A stretch of 63,823 nucleotides of DNA, the filler included, from Nitrospinota bacterium (GTDB lineage Bacteria; JAUXIQ01): NCBI GenBank assembly GCA_030620925.1. It is 13 parts of 13 records of this genome, joined end to end, with 100 filler letters (N's around TTAATTAATTAA, not from the genome) between each part and the next. Parts side by side here need not be neighbours in the genome. Positions count along the whole stretch, not along the records: positions 24,023 to 38,836 come from JAUXIQ010000013.1; positions 38,937 to 42,020 come from JAUXIQ010000365.1; 11 more parts are not named here. One strand, 5' to 3'. Under the pieces are notes generated by a model, which worked only from the letters and a program-made list of their open reading frames with translations, searched no databases and had not been told where the DNA came from. The position numbers and the translations under genes are program-made. Shown in pieces: positions 28,954 to 38,963 of this stretch. Numbering within the stretch: the first letter of the stretch is position 1; each line of letters opens with the position of its first letter.

Positions 28954-31053
28954 TTAAACCACCAGTCGGATCATCACGATGATAAGGATGCCGCCCAAAA
29001 CGTAGTAAAGATACGTCTGGATGCGCCCCGACTGAATTTTTCTGAGCCTGCCGCCGGCGGAAATGGTGCTCTCCGCCAAGCCGTTTACCATACCGTCAAT
29101 GACCAGGTTGTCGAAGACGCCGTTGACGCTGGAGAATCGGCGCGTGATCCAGCCTACGCCGTTTACTATGCCGTCTATCACCTTGTCGTCGAACCAGGCC
29201 AGGGCGGCGTTTATCCTGAGCAGGGTTGCGGTGAACACTATATGGTAAAACTCGTCCACATAGTATTTATTCAGAACCGCCCGATAGACCCTCTGAAAAC
29301 GATCAGCTAACCGGGCCGGATAGTCGGGGTGTTTCCTGTACATGAAGTTCGCCACGAAAATGCCCGCCAGGACCACTATCACGGAGAACACCATGAGGGT
29401 TACTTCCAGGCCGTGAGAACCCTGCACGGCGGCGGCTCCTTCTTTCGCCGCGGTGGATACCAGCGTGACGCCGGGACTCAGGGCGTGCCCCGCTCCGCCG
29501 CCGCCGAAGACGGGTGCCAGGAAATTGTGTATCCGGTTGGAGCCGCCCAAAATCGCCGGTACGCCGAAATAGCCCCCCAACACCGAGAATAGGGCCAGCA
29601 CGACGAGGGGAACGGTCATGGCCCGGGGCGACTCGTGGATGTGGCTTTTAGTATGTTCATCGGCCCTGCACTCGCCGAAGAAAGTCATAAACATCAGCCG
29701 GAACATGTAGAAGGCCGTAAGCCCCGCGACCAGGAAGCCGACTATCCACAGTAAGGAGGGGAGGTTCTCGAAAATGGGGTTAGGCGTGCTGGCGGCCATC
29801 CACAGAATCTCGTCCTTGCTGAAAAAACCTGCGAAGCCGGGGATACCGGTTATGGCCAGGGTGGCCACGAGGAAAGTCCAGAAAGTTACGGGCATGCGCT
29901 TTCTCACCCCTCCCATCTCCCGCATATCCTTCTTGTCGCTCATGGCGTGGATAACGCTGCCCGCGCCGAGGAAGAGGAGGGCCTTGAAGAAGGCGTGGGT
30001 CATCAGATGGAAGATGCCCGCGGAGAAAGCGGCCACGCCCATGGCCATGAACATGTAGCCCAACTGGCTGATGGTTGAATAGGCCAGGACTCTTTTGATG
30101 TCGTTCTGTACGGTACCGATGGAGGCGGCCAGGATGGCCGTGGCCGCGCCCCCCACGGCCACCACGGTCAGCGTAGCGGGTGCCATGAGGTAGAGGAAGT
30201 TCAGCCTCCCTATCATGTAGACGCCGGCGGTAACCATGGTGGCGGCATGTATAAGCGCGCTAACCGGCGTGGGGCCGGCCATTGCGTCGGGCAGCCATAC
30301 GTAGAGAGGTATCTGGGCCGACTTGCCCGCTGCTCCCACGAAAAAGAAAAGGGTGGCAAGAGTGGCTACACCCACCCCCCACAATTTAACATCCGCAAGC
30401 AGATGGGCGTTCTCCTGAAGTTCCATGAAATTCAGGGTCCACACGCCCCGGCCGGCCATGGCCCAGAACAGGATGAATATCCCTATGATGAAGCCGAAAT
30501 CGCCTATGCGGTTCACGATGAAGGCTTTCATCCCGCAGACGGCGTTGTACTTCTCCGTATACCAGAAACCGATGAGCAGATAGGAGCAGAGGCCCACGCC
30601 CTCCCAGCCGACGAAGAACAGGAACAGGTTGTCCCCCAACACCAGCAGCAGCATGAAGAAGATGAACAGGTTGAGGTGCGAAAAGAAGCGCCAGTAGCTC
30701 TTGTCGTGCGCCATGTAGCCGACGGAATAGACGTGGATCACTAACCCCACGCCGGTGACCACCAGGATCATGATGGCCGACAGGGGGTCAACCAGGAAAG
30801 CGGCATCGGCTTTAAGCTTACCCACCGAAATCCAGGTGTAGAGGTGGTTCGTTAAGTGGCGGTGTTGGGGCGATAACTGGAGGAGGCTGAAGAAGGCCAC
30901 CATGCCGATGGCGAAGGCCGCCCCGACCGTCCCGCAGCCCACCCAGCTCACCACTTTCTTGTCCAGCTTGAAGCCCACCAGGCCGTTAAACGCCGCACCT
31001 ATGAGGGGCAGGAGGACGATCACCCAGATGTAATCTTTAACCCACGGCTCCAA
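28954..31053 (-). CDS. nuoL: NADH-quinone oxidoreductase subunit L
   Basis: GWEGVGLCSY, GKSAQIPLYVWLPDAMAGPTPVSALIHAATMV, THAFFKA. Confidence 0.97.
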   Translation of the reverse strand: MEPWVKDYIWVIVLLPLIGAAFNGLVGFKLDKKVVSWVGCGTVGAAFAIGMVAFFSLLQLSPQHRHLTNHLYTWISVGKLKADAAFLVDPLSAIMILVVTGVGLVIHVYSVGYMAHDKSYWRFFSHLNLFIFFMLLLVLGDNLFLFFVGWEGVGLCSYLLIGFWYTEKYNAVCGMKAFIVNRIGDFGFIIGIFILFWAMAGRGVWTLNFMELQENAHLLADVKLWGVGVATLATLFFFVGAAGKSAQIPLYVWLPDAMAGPTPVSALIHAATMVTAGVYMIGRLNFLYLMAPATLTVVAVGGAATAILAASIGTVQNDIKRVLAYSTISQLGYMFMAMGVAAFSAGIFHLMTHAFFKALLFLGAGSVIHAMSDKKDMREMGGVRKRMPVTFWTFLVATLAITGIPGFAGFFSKDEILWMAASTPNPIFENLPSLLWIVGFLVAGLTAFYMFRLMFMTFFGECRADEHTKSHIHESPRAMTVPLVVLALFSVLGGYFGVPAILGGSNRIHNFLAPVFGGGGAGHALSPGVTLVSTAAKEGAAAVQGSHGLEVTLMVFSVIVVLAGIFVANFMYRKHPDYPARLADRFQRVYRAVLNKYYVDEFYHIVFTATLLRINAALAWFDDKVIDGIVNGVGWITRRFSSVNGVFDNLVIDGMVNGLAESTISAGGRLRKIQSGRIQTYLYYVLGGILIIVMIRLVV

Positions 31054-31075
31054 CTGATTTTTGTCCTTTTATATC

Positions 31076-31137
31076 GAGGAAACCTTTTTGGAAAAACCCC
31101 GCCTCCCGCGGGGTCAAACTCCTCACAAAAACCTCTA
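31076..31137. repeat. Dispersed palindromic repeat (copy 3), in the nuoK-nuoL spacer
   Basis: GAGGAAACCTTTTTGGAAAAACCCCGCCTCCCGCGGGGTCAAACTCCTCACAAAAACCTCT. Confidence 0.8.
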
Positions 31138-31229
31138 TGAATGTCGTTCGCTATAGCCTCACTACGCCTTATCAGAAAGGGTTATTCGTGAAACACCTGA
31201 TACTCGTAAAAAGGGATATCCCTGCAAAC

Positions 31230-31535
31230 CTACTCTCTGAGTGTGCTGGCTTCGTCGGCGTCGATCGTCCTGAACTGCTGATATATGGAAAGCACTATGG
31301 CCAGGGCCACCACCGATTCTGCGGCCGCCAATACGATCACGAATATGGCGAACATCTGACCGCCCATCGACGAGGTGGTGTAGTGCGAGAAAGCCACGAA
31401 GTTTATACTTGCCGAGTTGAGGATCAATTCCACGCCCATGAGTATGGCCACTGCATTCCTCCGGGAAACCACAACGTAGACCCCCAGGGAGAACAGAATC
31501 GCACTCAGCACCAGAAAGTGATTGAGGCCCACCAT
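31230..31535 (-). CDS. nuoK: NADH-quinone oxidoreductase subunit K
   Basis: RRNAVAILMGVELILN, LAAAE. Confidence 0.96.
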   Translation of the reverse strand: MVGLNHFLVLSAILFSLGVYVVVSRRNAVAILMGVELILNSASINFVAFSHYTTSSMGGQMFAIFVIVLAAAESVVALAIVLSIYQQFRTIDADEASTLRE

Positions 31536-32057
31536 CTAACTTTTCCCCCCACTCTGTTCACCCCTTACCTCCTTCCTCACGATGACCGCCGCCCCCATGA
31601 GGGCGGCCAGCAGCAGCACGGATACTATCTCGAAGGGGAGGAGGTATTTCTTGAGTAACAAATCGCCTATGAGGGCGGTGGTGGCCTGATACTCCAGTTG
31701 GCCCTCCAGGGACCACTGGGTCTTGAAGATGACCCCCAGCAGGACGGCCATTATCCCGATGAGTATCAGGGCGCCCTGCGCCGGACGCAGGGACTGATTG
31801 GAAATCTCCACGTCGGATATGCGGTGGGTAAGCATAACGGCGAAAATGATGAGCACCAGAATGCCTCCCACGTATATGAGAAGCTGGACGGCGGCGAGGA
31901 AATCCGCGCTCAACATGACGTAAATCCCCGCCACACCGAAAAAGGTGAACAGCAGGGCAAACGCCGAATAGACCAGGTTTCGCGAGAAAGCCACCAGGGC
32001 GGCGGAAGCCACGATGATGGCGGCAAACACGTAGACAACAATATTGAAGGACTGCAT
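31536..32057 (-). CDS. nuoJ: NADH-quinone oxidoreductase subunit J
   Basis: ADFLAAVQLLIYVGGI, YLLPFEIVSVLLL. Confidence 0.95.
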   Translation of the reverse strand: MQSFNIVVYVFAAIIVASAALVAFSRNLVYSAFALLFTFFGVAGIYVMLSADFLAAVQLLIYVGGILVLIIFAVMLTHRISDVEISNQSLRPAQGALILIGIMAVLLGVIFKTQWSLEGQLEYQATTALIGDLLLKKYLLPFEIVSVLLLAALMGAAVIVRKEVRGEQSGGKS

Positions 32058-32069
32058 GGTATCCGCTAT

Positions 32070-32576
32070 CTACTCCTCGTTTTGCGCCGCTTTCAGTTTC
32101 TCTGCTTTCTTGAGTGCTTTTTCCACCAACTCCCGGTGTTTCTTCTCGTCTATGAACTCCAGGATGAGGTCTTCCATACGGTCGGTGGCGCCTTCGAACT
32201 CGCGGGTGTGCTCCAACCCCTTTGGTTTCACGGGGCAGGCCTCGGTGCACAGACCGCAATACATGCACTTGGCCATATCTATGTCAAACCGTTTGAGGAC
32301 AAACCCTTTGGCTCCCTCAACCCGTTCCCTGTCGATTGAAATGCAATCTATGGGGCAGGTCATAGCGCACATGGAGCAAGCGTCGCACACGTCGGGATCG
32401 AAGGTGAGCATCCCCCGGGAGCGTTCGGGCAGCGTCTCTACCACGGGCACGGGCGTCCTGTCCGGGTACTGGATGGTGATGGATTTCCTGGCCGGGGTAA
32501 AATGCACCAGGGTCACCCCCATCCCCTTGGCGATGGTGGAAATCGCTTCCCATATGTTCAAAAAATAGCGTCTCAT
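32070..32576 (-). CDS. nuoI: NADH-quinone oxidoreductase subunit I
   Basis: TIQYP and two CxxCxxCxxxCP motifs. Confidence 0.95.
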   Translation of the reverse strand: MRRYFLNIWEAISTIAKGMGVTLVHFTPARKSITIQYPDRTPVPVVETLPERSRGMLTFDPDVCDACSMCAMTCPIDCISIDRERVEGAKGFVLKRFDIDMAKCMYCGLCTEACPVKPKGLEHTREFEGATDRMEDLILEFIDEKKHRELVEKALKKAEKLKAAQNEE

Positions 32577-32589
32577 GCGCTCCTCTTTT

Positions 32590-33699
32590 TCAACCGCCTA
32601 AAAGAGCTGCTATGCTCTTATCCCCCCAGACCAGCATCCAGACCGCCGTGCCCACCAGGTTGAAAAAGGCGATGGGCACCATATATTTCCAGCCCACGGT
32701 CATGAGCTGGTCTACCCTGAGTCTGGGCAGGGTCCACCTGAGCCACATACAAACGAAAACCAGCACGAAAGTCTTGATGAGAAACGTTATAAGACCTGCC
32801 AGATTCACCGCCGAGGGGAGCAATCCCCAGATTCCGGTGGGGAGATAAAAGGGCGTATTCCAGCCGCCCAGAAAAAGGGTAACCGCCACCGCGCTTATCA
32901 CGTATACGTTGGCGAACTCGGCCAGGAAGAAGAGGCCGAAGCGGAACCCGCTGTATTCCGTGTTGTATCCTGAAACCAGCTCCGACTCAGCCTCGGGGAT
33001 ATCGAAGGGAATCCTGTTGCATTCCGCCACGGCGGAGATGAAGAAGACGAAGAAGGCTATGAACGCAAAGGGGTTATGGAACAGGAACCAGTGCTGCGGC
33101 GCCCAGCCCTGGGCCTTGATTGTCCCCTGCATGCCGAGTGTCCCCGTAAGTAGAATCACCGCCAGGACGGAGAGAATCTGGGGCACCTCGTAGCTGATTA
33201 TCTGCGCTGCGGACCTCATCCCGCCCAGCAGAGACAAATTGTTATTGGAAGCCCAGCCGGACATGATGATACCCACAACCACCATCGAGGATACCGCAAA
33301 TATATACAGTATGCCTATGTTGAGATCGGCGGCGATCAGTTTCTGGCTGAAAGGGAGCGCAGCGAAGGTGAGGAAACTGCCCACGAAAACGATGTAGGGA
33401 GCCAGCTTGAACAGCCTGCGATCGGCGGCGGTCGGTATTATATCTTCCTTGAGAATGAGCTTCACCCCGTCGGCTACGAACTGGAAAATACCCTGAGGCC
33501 CGACCCTGTTGGGGCCGATGCGGGACTGCATCTTGCCCGCCACCCTGCGTTCAACGAAGGTGAGGGCGCCCGCCATCGGGACCACGAAAAGGAGCAGGAG
33601 CAGCCCCCCCACCACCATGATGATGAGGTAGACATACTCCGACGGTATCGCCCGGGTAAATTCCAGGTTCTCTATTATCCAATCAGCAAAGTATCGCAA
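32590..33699 (-). CDS. nuoH: NADH-quinone oxidoreductase subunit H
   Basis: ERRVAG..Q.RIGPNRVG, RSAAQIISYE, NRIPFDIPEAESELV, TLPRLRVDQLM. Confidence 0.96.
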   Translation of the reverse strand: MRYFADWIIENLEFTRAIPSEYVYLIIMVVGGLLLLLFVVPMAGALTFVERRVAGKMQSRIGPNRVGPQGIFQFVADGVKLILKEDIIPTAADRRLFKLAPYIVFVGSFLTFAALPFSQKLIAADLNIGILYIFAVSSMVVVGIIMSGWASNNNLSLLGGMRSAAQIISYEVPQILSVLAVILLTGTLGMQGTIKAQGWAPQHWFLFHNPFAFIAFFVFFISAVAECNRIPFDIPEAESELVSGYNTEYSGFRFGLFFLAEFANVYVISAVAVTLFLGGWNTPFYLPTGIWGLLPSAVNLAGLITFLIKTFVLVFVCMWLRWTLPRLRVDQLMTVGWKYMVPIAFFNLVGTAVWMLVWGDKSIAALLGG

Positions 33700-33731
33700 T
33701 TATCTGTATGTCCTTGTGCTCCAAGAGCTTT

Positions 33732-34850
33732 CTACCTGTCGATTTCGGGGGCCACCACGTCCAGGCTCCCGATGAGCGCCACCAGGTCCGCTATCATTAA
33801 GCCCCGGCTGGTAAGCTCAACGATGCTCATTGCGGAAAATGAGCCGGTTCTTATCCTGAGCCGATAAGGCTTATCGGAACCGTCGCTTATGACATAGTAT
33901 CCCAGTTCCCCGCGGACGCTTTCCGTCCTCACGTAAGCTTCCCCTTCGGGGACTTTGAGCGAGGCGGGGAGCTTTGTCTGCACCGGCCCGTCTGGAACAG
34001 CGGCCAGGCACTGCTTGATTATCCTGGAGCTCTCCACCATCTCCCTTATGCGCAGCATATAGCGGTCGTAGCAGTCCCCCACTTGCCCCTTTTCGCCGGT
34101 TCCCACGGGTATATCGAACTCGAACTGAGGGTAGACGGAGTAGGGCTCGTCCCTGCGCAAATCCCACTTCACTCCGGAGGCGCGCAAGTTAGGGCCCACC
34201 AGTCCATAATCAACGGCGTTCTCTGCACTAATAACGGCAACATCCGCCATCCGCTTGACGAAAATCTTGTTGTATGAAAGAAGCCTGTTGTACTCGTCCA
34301 CGGCGGGCACAAAGTGGTCAAGAAACTCGATGGTCTTCTCCGCGAAACCGGCGGGCAAATCCTGGGCCACGCCGCCGATGCGTATGTAATTGTAAGTGAG
34401 CCTGGCCCCGCACAATTCTTCCATCAGGTCGTTGATGGTCTCCCTCTCCCGAATGGCGTGGAGGAAAGGCGTAACAGCCCCCAGTTCCAGCCCCATTACT
34501 CCAACCGATATAAGATGGCTGGCGATGCGGTTCAACTCTGATGCGATGACCCGGATATACTCCGCCCGCGGGGGGACTTCTATGCCCGCCAGCTTCTCGA
34601 CGGTCATGGCGTAGCCCATGTTGCAGTTCATGGCCGCCAGGTAATCGATCCTGTCCGTAAAGGGCATGAACTGGGGATACTTCAACTTTTCCGCTATCTT
34701 CTCTATGCTACGGTGGAGATAGCCCACGTCCGGCTTAGCCACGCGCATCACCTCGCCATCGGTGTGCACTACGAATCGCATGACACCGTGGGTGCTGGGA
34801 TGCTGCGGCCCCATGTTGAGGACCATTTCTTCCGTGCGGAACTCAGGCAT
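33732..34850 (-). CDS. nuoD: NADH-quinone oxidoreductase subunit D
   Basis: [29 protein letters not shown]. No CxxC Ni-binding motifs, so not a hydrogenase. Confidence 0.96.
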   Translation of the reverse strand: MPEFRTEEMVLNMGPQHPSTHGVMRFVVHTDGEVMRVAKPDVGYLHRSIEKIAEKLKYPQFMPFTDRIDYLAAMNCNMGYAMTVEKLAGIEVPPRAEYIRVIASELNRIASHLISVGVMGLELGAVTPFLHAIRERETINDLMEELCGARLTYNYIRIGGVAQDLPAGFAEKTIEFLDHFVPAVDEYNRLLSYNKIFVKRMADVAVISAENAVDYGLVGPNLRASGVKWDLRRDEPYSVYPQFEFDIPVGTGEKGQVGDCYDRYMLRIREMVESSRIIKQCLAAVPDGPVQTKLPASLKVPEGEAYVRTESVRGELGYYVISDGSDKPYRLRIRTGSFSAMSIVELTSRGLMIADLVALIGSLDVVAPEIDR

Positions 34851-34879
34851 CTCTCTATCACCAATTCAGAAATCTTCCC

Positions 34880-35356
34880 CTATTCCCTGTGGCAGGGAAT
34901 GCCGTCGTATTCTTCAGGGAAGACATAGTCTTTACGCAGGGGATGGCCCGGCCAATCTTCGGGTAATAAGATTCTGCTCAGGTCGGGGTGGCCTTCAAAG
35001 CGGATTCCCATGAGATCGTAAGCTTCTCTCTCATGCCAGTTGGCGGCCTTCCAGACCGATTGCACTGAAGTGATGCGGGGGTCGGCCTTTTCCACGTATA
35101 CTTTAAGCACTACACGCCGCTTGTGCTGCATGGAATAAAGATGGTAGACCACGGCATAGTTTTCGCCGTAGTCCACTGAGCTCAGACACATTAGCGAATC
35201 GAAGTGCAGCCCTTGAGCTTCCTTGAGGTAAGCTGCGATCTCCAGCAGATGCGAGCCGTTGACTACGATGAAGGGGTCTCCATTCCCCTCCCTGAATTCC
35301 ATCACCGCATCCCCGAAGCGGGATTTCAACTCTTCGTGTATGGCTGCCGGTTCCAT
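34880..35356 (-). CDS. nuoC: NADH-quinone oxidoreductase subunit C
   Basis: ANWHEREAYDLMGI.FEGHPDL.RIL....GHPLRKDY. Confidence 0.96.
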   Translation of the reverse strand: MEPAAIHEELKSRFGDAVMEFREGNGDPFIVVNGSHLLEIAAYLKEAQGLHFDSLMCLSSVDYGENYAVVYHLYSMQHKRRVVLKVYVEKADPRITSVQSVWKAANWHEREAYDLMGIRFEGHPDLSRILLPEDWPGHPLRKDYVFPEEYDGIPCHRE

Positions 35357-35380
35357 GTTCCTTTCAACGTCTCAATATTA

Positions 35381-35866
35381 TTAATTGTCCTTGACCAGAT
35401 ATTTTTCCTTTTTTATAAGCTCCTGCAGCTTAATTATTCCCTCGGCCAGCGCCTCAGGGCGGGGCGGACAGCCGGGCACGTATACATCCACCGGTATGAT
35501 CAGGTCCACGCCCTCAACCACGGAATACCCTAACTGGAAGAGCCCGCCGCAGTTGGCGCAGCTCCCCATGGAGATGACATACTTGGGCTCCGGCATCTGA
35601 TGGTAGAGGAGCTTTAGTCGGGAAGCCATCTTATAAGTGAGCGTGCCCGCAACTATCATCAGGTCGGACTGCCGGGGAGTGGCCCGGAACATGGCGCCGA
35701 ACCTGTCCAGGTCGGTCCTCGGTCCCCCCGCCTGCATCAGCTCTATTCCGCAACAGGCCAGGGCGAAGAGGAGATACCAGAGCGAAGAGAAGCGTCCCCA
35801 GTTAAGGAACTGGTCCACAGTAGTAAAAAGGACGTTGCCCGGCATCTCGTTGATCATTTTGCGCAT
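35381..35866 (-). CDS. nuoB: NADH-quinone oxidoreductase subunit B
   Basis: [27 protein letters not shown]. Confidence 0.96.
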   Translation of the reverse strand: MRKMINEMPGNVLFTTVDQFLNWGRFSSLWYLLFALACCGIELMQAGGPRTDLDRFGAMFRATPRQSDLMIVAGTLTYKMASRLKLLYHQMPEPKYVISMGSCANCGGLFQLGYSVVEGVDLIIPVDVYVPGCPPRPEALAEGIIKLQELIKKEKYLVKDN

Positions 35867-36262
35867 CTACTCTTCTTCCTCCACTATCTTTTTAATCCAC
35901 TCCAGGTCTCCCTTCGCCCACACGTAGGCAAGAGCCACCAGTAATATGGCTACGAAGATTATGATTTCCACGAAGGCCAGCAATCCCCTGCCGGAGATCA
36001 CCCAGCCTCTGAATACAGTGGCCACGGGATAGATGAGGACCGCCTCCACGTCAAAATTGAGAAAGACCAGGGCCACAACGTAGAACCGTATATTGAAGTT
36101 TATCCAGGAGCTGCCTACCGGACGTTCTCCGCACTCGTAGGTGGTGAGCTTGTCCACCTCTTCCACCTCCGGGCGAACCAGTCGTGATACTGCCAGCACC
36201 ACCGCCGCAAAAGCGATGCCCACCAGGGCGAAAATCAGAGCTGTTGAAAAATGGAAAAGCAT
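35867..36262 (-). CDS. nuoA: NADH-quinone oxidoreductase subunit A
   Basis: YECGE, RFYVVALVFL.FDVE, YVWAKGDLEW. Confidence 0.96.
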   Translation of the reverse strand: MLFHFSTALIFALVGIAFAAVVLAVSRLVRPEVEEVDKLTTYECGERPVGSSWINFNIRFYVVALVFLNFDVEAVLIYPVATVFRGWVISGRGLLAFVEIIIFVAILLVALAYVWAKGDLEWIKKIVEEEE

Positions 36263-36698
36263 TGACCCTTCTCCGGAGTGCTATATTTAGATCGAAATAT
36301 CGCGGGCCGAGAGGCGTGAGCACAAAAAAAATTAACAACTATATCTTGTTAGTAAACAGAGTTTTCACTATAATTCTTATCTCGAAACCGACTAAAAATC
36401 AAGGTCGGCGGAGTTTCGCGCTTGGCGTCTATTTTATTATTCTCGGGAATATGGTACCTGTAAAGAAAAGGTGAATTGTTGAAGTGGCAGGGGAGAATTT
36501 CACCAGGCCGAAAATCGGTTCACTAATTTTTATAACATACAACTTATGATAAATCAAACAAAAATGGCTCCCCTGAAAACAACCGTGGCAGGTGATAAGT
36601 ATTTTAAAACAAAGAGTATTACCCGTCCGTTGTATAGGCGGCAAGTAATAGACTCAGACGTGAGTGTGGCTTAAATCCTCAATAATAAAATCAAAAGT

Positions 36699-37901
36699 AT
36701 GGGAGGGGCTCCCTTGGAAAGCGCATTATCGGGAATACGTATATTGGATTTGACTCAAACCCTGGCAGGGCCTTACGGGGCGATGCTGATGGGAGACTTA
36801 GGAGCCGAGATAATAAAGATCGAGCCGCCGGGCGGCTGCCAGACGAGGAAGATACCTCCTTATTTCCTCCACGGGGACAGCGCTTACTTCCTCAGCCTGA
36901 ACAGGAGCAAGAAAGGCATGGTTCTGGATTTGAAGCAGGAAGCGGGCCGCAACATCTTTTGCGACCTGGTCAAAGTCTCCGACGTGGTCTTCGACAATTT
37001 CCGCCCCGGCGTGATGGAGCGTCTCCAGCTCGACTACGAAACCTTGAGTAAACTCAACCCGCGGATCATCTCCTGCTCCCTTTCCGGTTACGGAAACACC
37101 GGGCCCTACCGGAACCGACCCGGCTACGACTACATAATGCAGGGCGTGGGCGGGATGATGAGCATCACCGGCGAGCCGGGCTCGCCGCCGGCTAAATCGG
37201 GCCTCTCAGTCATCGACCACGGTGCGGGGATGTTCTCGGTTATCGGTATCCTGAGCGCCATAGTGGCCAGGGAAAAGACGGGCCGGGGGCAATTCATAGA
37301 CATCAGCCTGCTGGACACCCAGATTTCTTTCCTCTCGTACGTGGGAGCCAACTACCTGATAGGGGGTCAGGTCCCGGGCAAGGTGCCCATGTCGGGTCAT
37401 CCTTCCCAGACACCCATGCAAATATTCATGGCCAAAGACGAATATATATACATACTGGCCGGAACGGACAAGTTCTGGGATATCTTCACCGGAGTCATCG
37501 GAAGGCCGGAGCTGGCGGACGACCCCCGCTTCGAGAACATGGCCGCCCGCTACCAGCACAAGCAGGAACTGCTGGACATCGTCTCGCCGATCATAAGCCA
37601 GAAGACGATGGCCGAGTGGATGGAGCTGCTGGTGGAAGCGGGTATTCCCTGCGGGCCCATCAACACCGTAGACCGGGCGCTGGAAGACCCCCAGGTGCTG
37701 GCCAGGGAGATGGTGGTGGAGATGGAGCACGCCAAGGGAGGGAAGATGAAAGTCCCCGCCAACCCCTTAAAGATGAGCGACACCTCGCCCTCTTACAATC
37801 CACCTCCTAACATAGGGCAGCACACCGAAGAAATATTGCGCGGGATTCTCGATTACAGCGAAGAACAGATAGAAGTTATGCGGACCGATGGCGTCATCTG
37901 A
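36699..37901 (+). CDS. Family III (CaiB/BaiF) CoA transferase
   Basis: LSGIRILDL...AGP, LGAEIIKIEPPG, LNRSK, NFRPG, GYGNTGPY..RPGYD, VID. Confidence 0.94.
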   Translation: MGGAPLESALSGIRILDLTQTLAGPYGAMLMGDLGAEIIKIEPPGGCQTRKIPPYFLHGDSAYFLSLNRSKKGMVLDLKQEAGRNIFCDLVKVSDVVFDNFRPGVMERLQLDYETLSKLNPRIISCSLSGYGNTGPYRNRPGYDYIMQGVGGMMSITGEPGSPPAKSGLSVIDHGAGMFSVIGILSAIVAREKTGRGQFIDISLLDTQISFLSYVGANYLIGGQVPGKVPMSGHPSQTPMQIFMAKDEYIYILAGTDKFWDIFTGVIGRPELADDPRFENMAARYQHKQELLDIVSPIISQKTMAEWMELLVEAGIPCGPINTVDRALEDPQVLAREMVVEMEHAKGGKMKVPANPLKMSDTSPSYNPPPNIGQHTEEILRGILDYSEEQIEVMRTDGVI

Positions 37902-38012
37902 TCCGCCTTGCAAGGGTAAGCGATGGCGGGAAGAAGTATCGGTAAACAAATTGCGAAGACGAGAAGTTTCATCTCCCGCCCCCGCAAGACGCTCGAACCG
38001 TATGATTTCCTT

Positions 38013-38579
38013 TTAAAAATGGCCTCCTAACAGCAGCCCGATGTGCATTCCGCCTACTTTACGATTTACGCCGGCAAGGGTTATTTCGCCAGATGAATAT
38101 CTCAACTCAAGCCCCAGGTTTGTTTTCCCTAATAACCTCTTGTATACACCGCCGCTCAACCAGAAACCCACGGTGCTATCAGATTCAATGCTCCCGAATA
38201 TTTCCAGCTCGCCGCCGATGATTGCGACCCCTCCACCGACGAAAGGATGTATCGAGCCAAGATTCACGATCTTGCGAACACCGATGTCAAACTCAAAAGT
38301 TTCGCTTTCAAGCCCGGGAATTAAAATAGACGCTGCCCCTTGGCTGAATAGACCGCCCACGGCGATGCTTACCGGCCAGCTCTTCTTCCTGAAATCGACC
38401 CCCACGCCAAACTCAAAATGCTTGTCTGAACCCAACCAATCAGCTTCCTTAAGGAGCTTGCCCCCAACAAAAATGTTGGCGTTACCCGTCCAACCACCTG
38501 CGCTTGCCGGAACAACAGACGCGATTGTAAAAAGAAACAATAAAGGAACGACGGAAAATAATACAGCCCATTTCTTCAT
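38013..38579 (-). CDS. Outer-membrane beta-barrel protein (8-strand type)
   Basis: Signal peptide, alternating hydrophobic strands, HPFVGGGV, terminal Phe. Confidence 0.75.
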   Translation of the reverse strand: MKKWAVLFSVVPLLFLFTIASVVPASAGGWTGNANIFVGGKLLKEADWLGSDKHFEFGVGVDFRKKSWPVSIAVGGLFSQGAASILIPGLESETFEFDIGVRKIVNLGSIHPFVGGGVAIIGGELEIFGSIESDSTVGFWLSGGVYKRLLGKTNLGLELRYSSGEITLAGVNRKVGGMHIGLLLGGHF

Positions 38580-38698
38580 TTTTTAACCCCCTCGTCTATA
38601 ACAAGACTTCTATTTGCTTATTTGGTTGTATTTTAACCACCTTTTACACTAATTCGACAAAGAGCAACTCATGGTTTACATTTATTTTGAGTCGCCCT

Positions 38699-38787
38699 GG
38701 GCAGGCACAAGACCTGCCCCTACGCACAGCGCCGTATCGTGTCATTCTGAACGAAGTCCCGCTTAGCGGCACGGAGTGAAGAATCTC
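38699..38787. repeat. GTAG-type REP (38699-38723, minus) plus TGTCATTCTG...TGAAGAATCTC element (38740-38787)
   Basis: Minus strand GTAGGGGCAGGTCTTGTGCCTGCCC; the second element matches the ends of 25740-25778. Confidence 0.65.
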
Positions 38788-38963
38788 GCTGCCCTGGCAA
38801 ACCCGCTTTCTTTTGCGCTTTCAAATTCACCCTCTCNNNNNNNNNNNNNNNNNNNNNNNNNNNNNNNNNNNNNNNNNNNNTTAATTAATTAANNNNNNNN
38901 NNNNNNNNNNNNNNNNNNNNNNNNNNNNNNNNNNNNGGTTTAAATCGATCAGAGAGGTGGATA

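Noticed and set aside
33732-35866. Group 4 [NiFe] hydrogenase
   Set aside because: The large subunit lacks both CxxC Ni-binding motifs and keeps the quinone-site His and Tyr, so it is NuoD.
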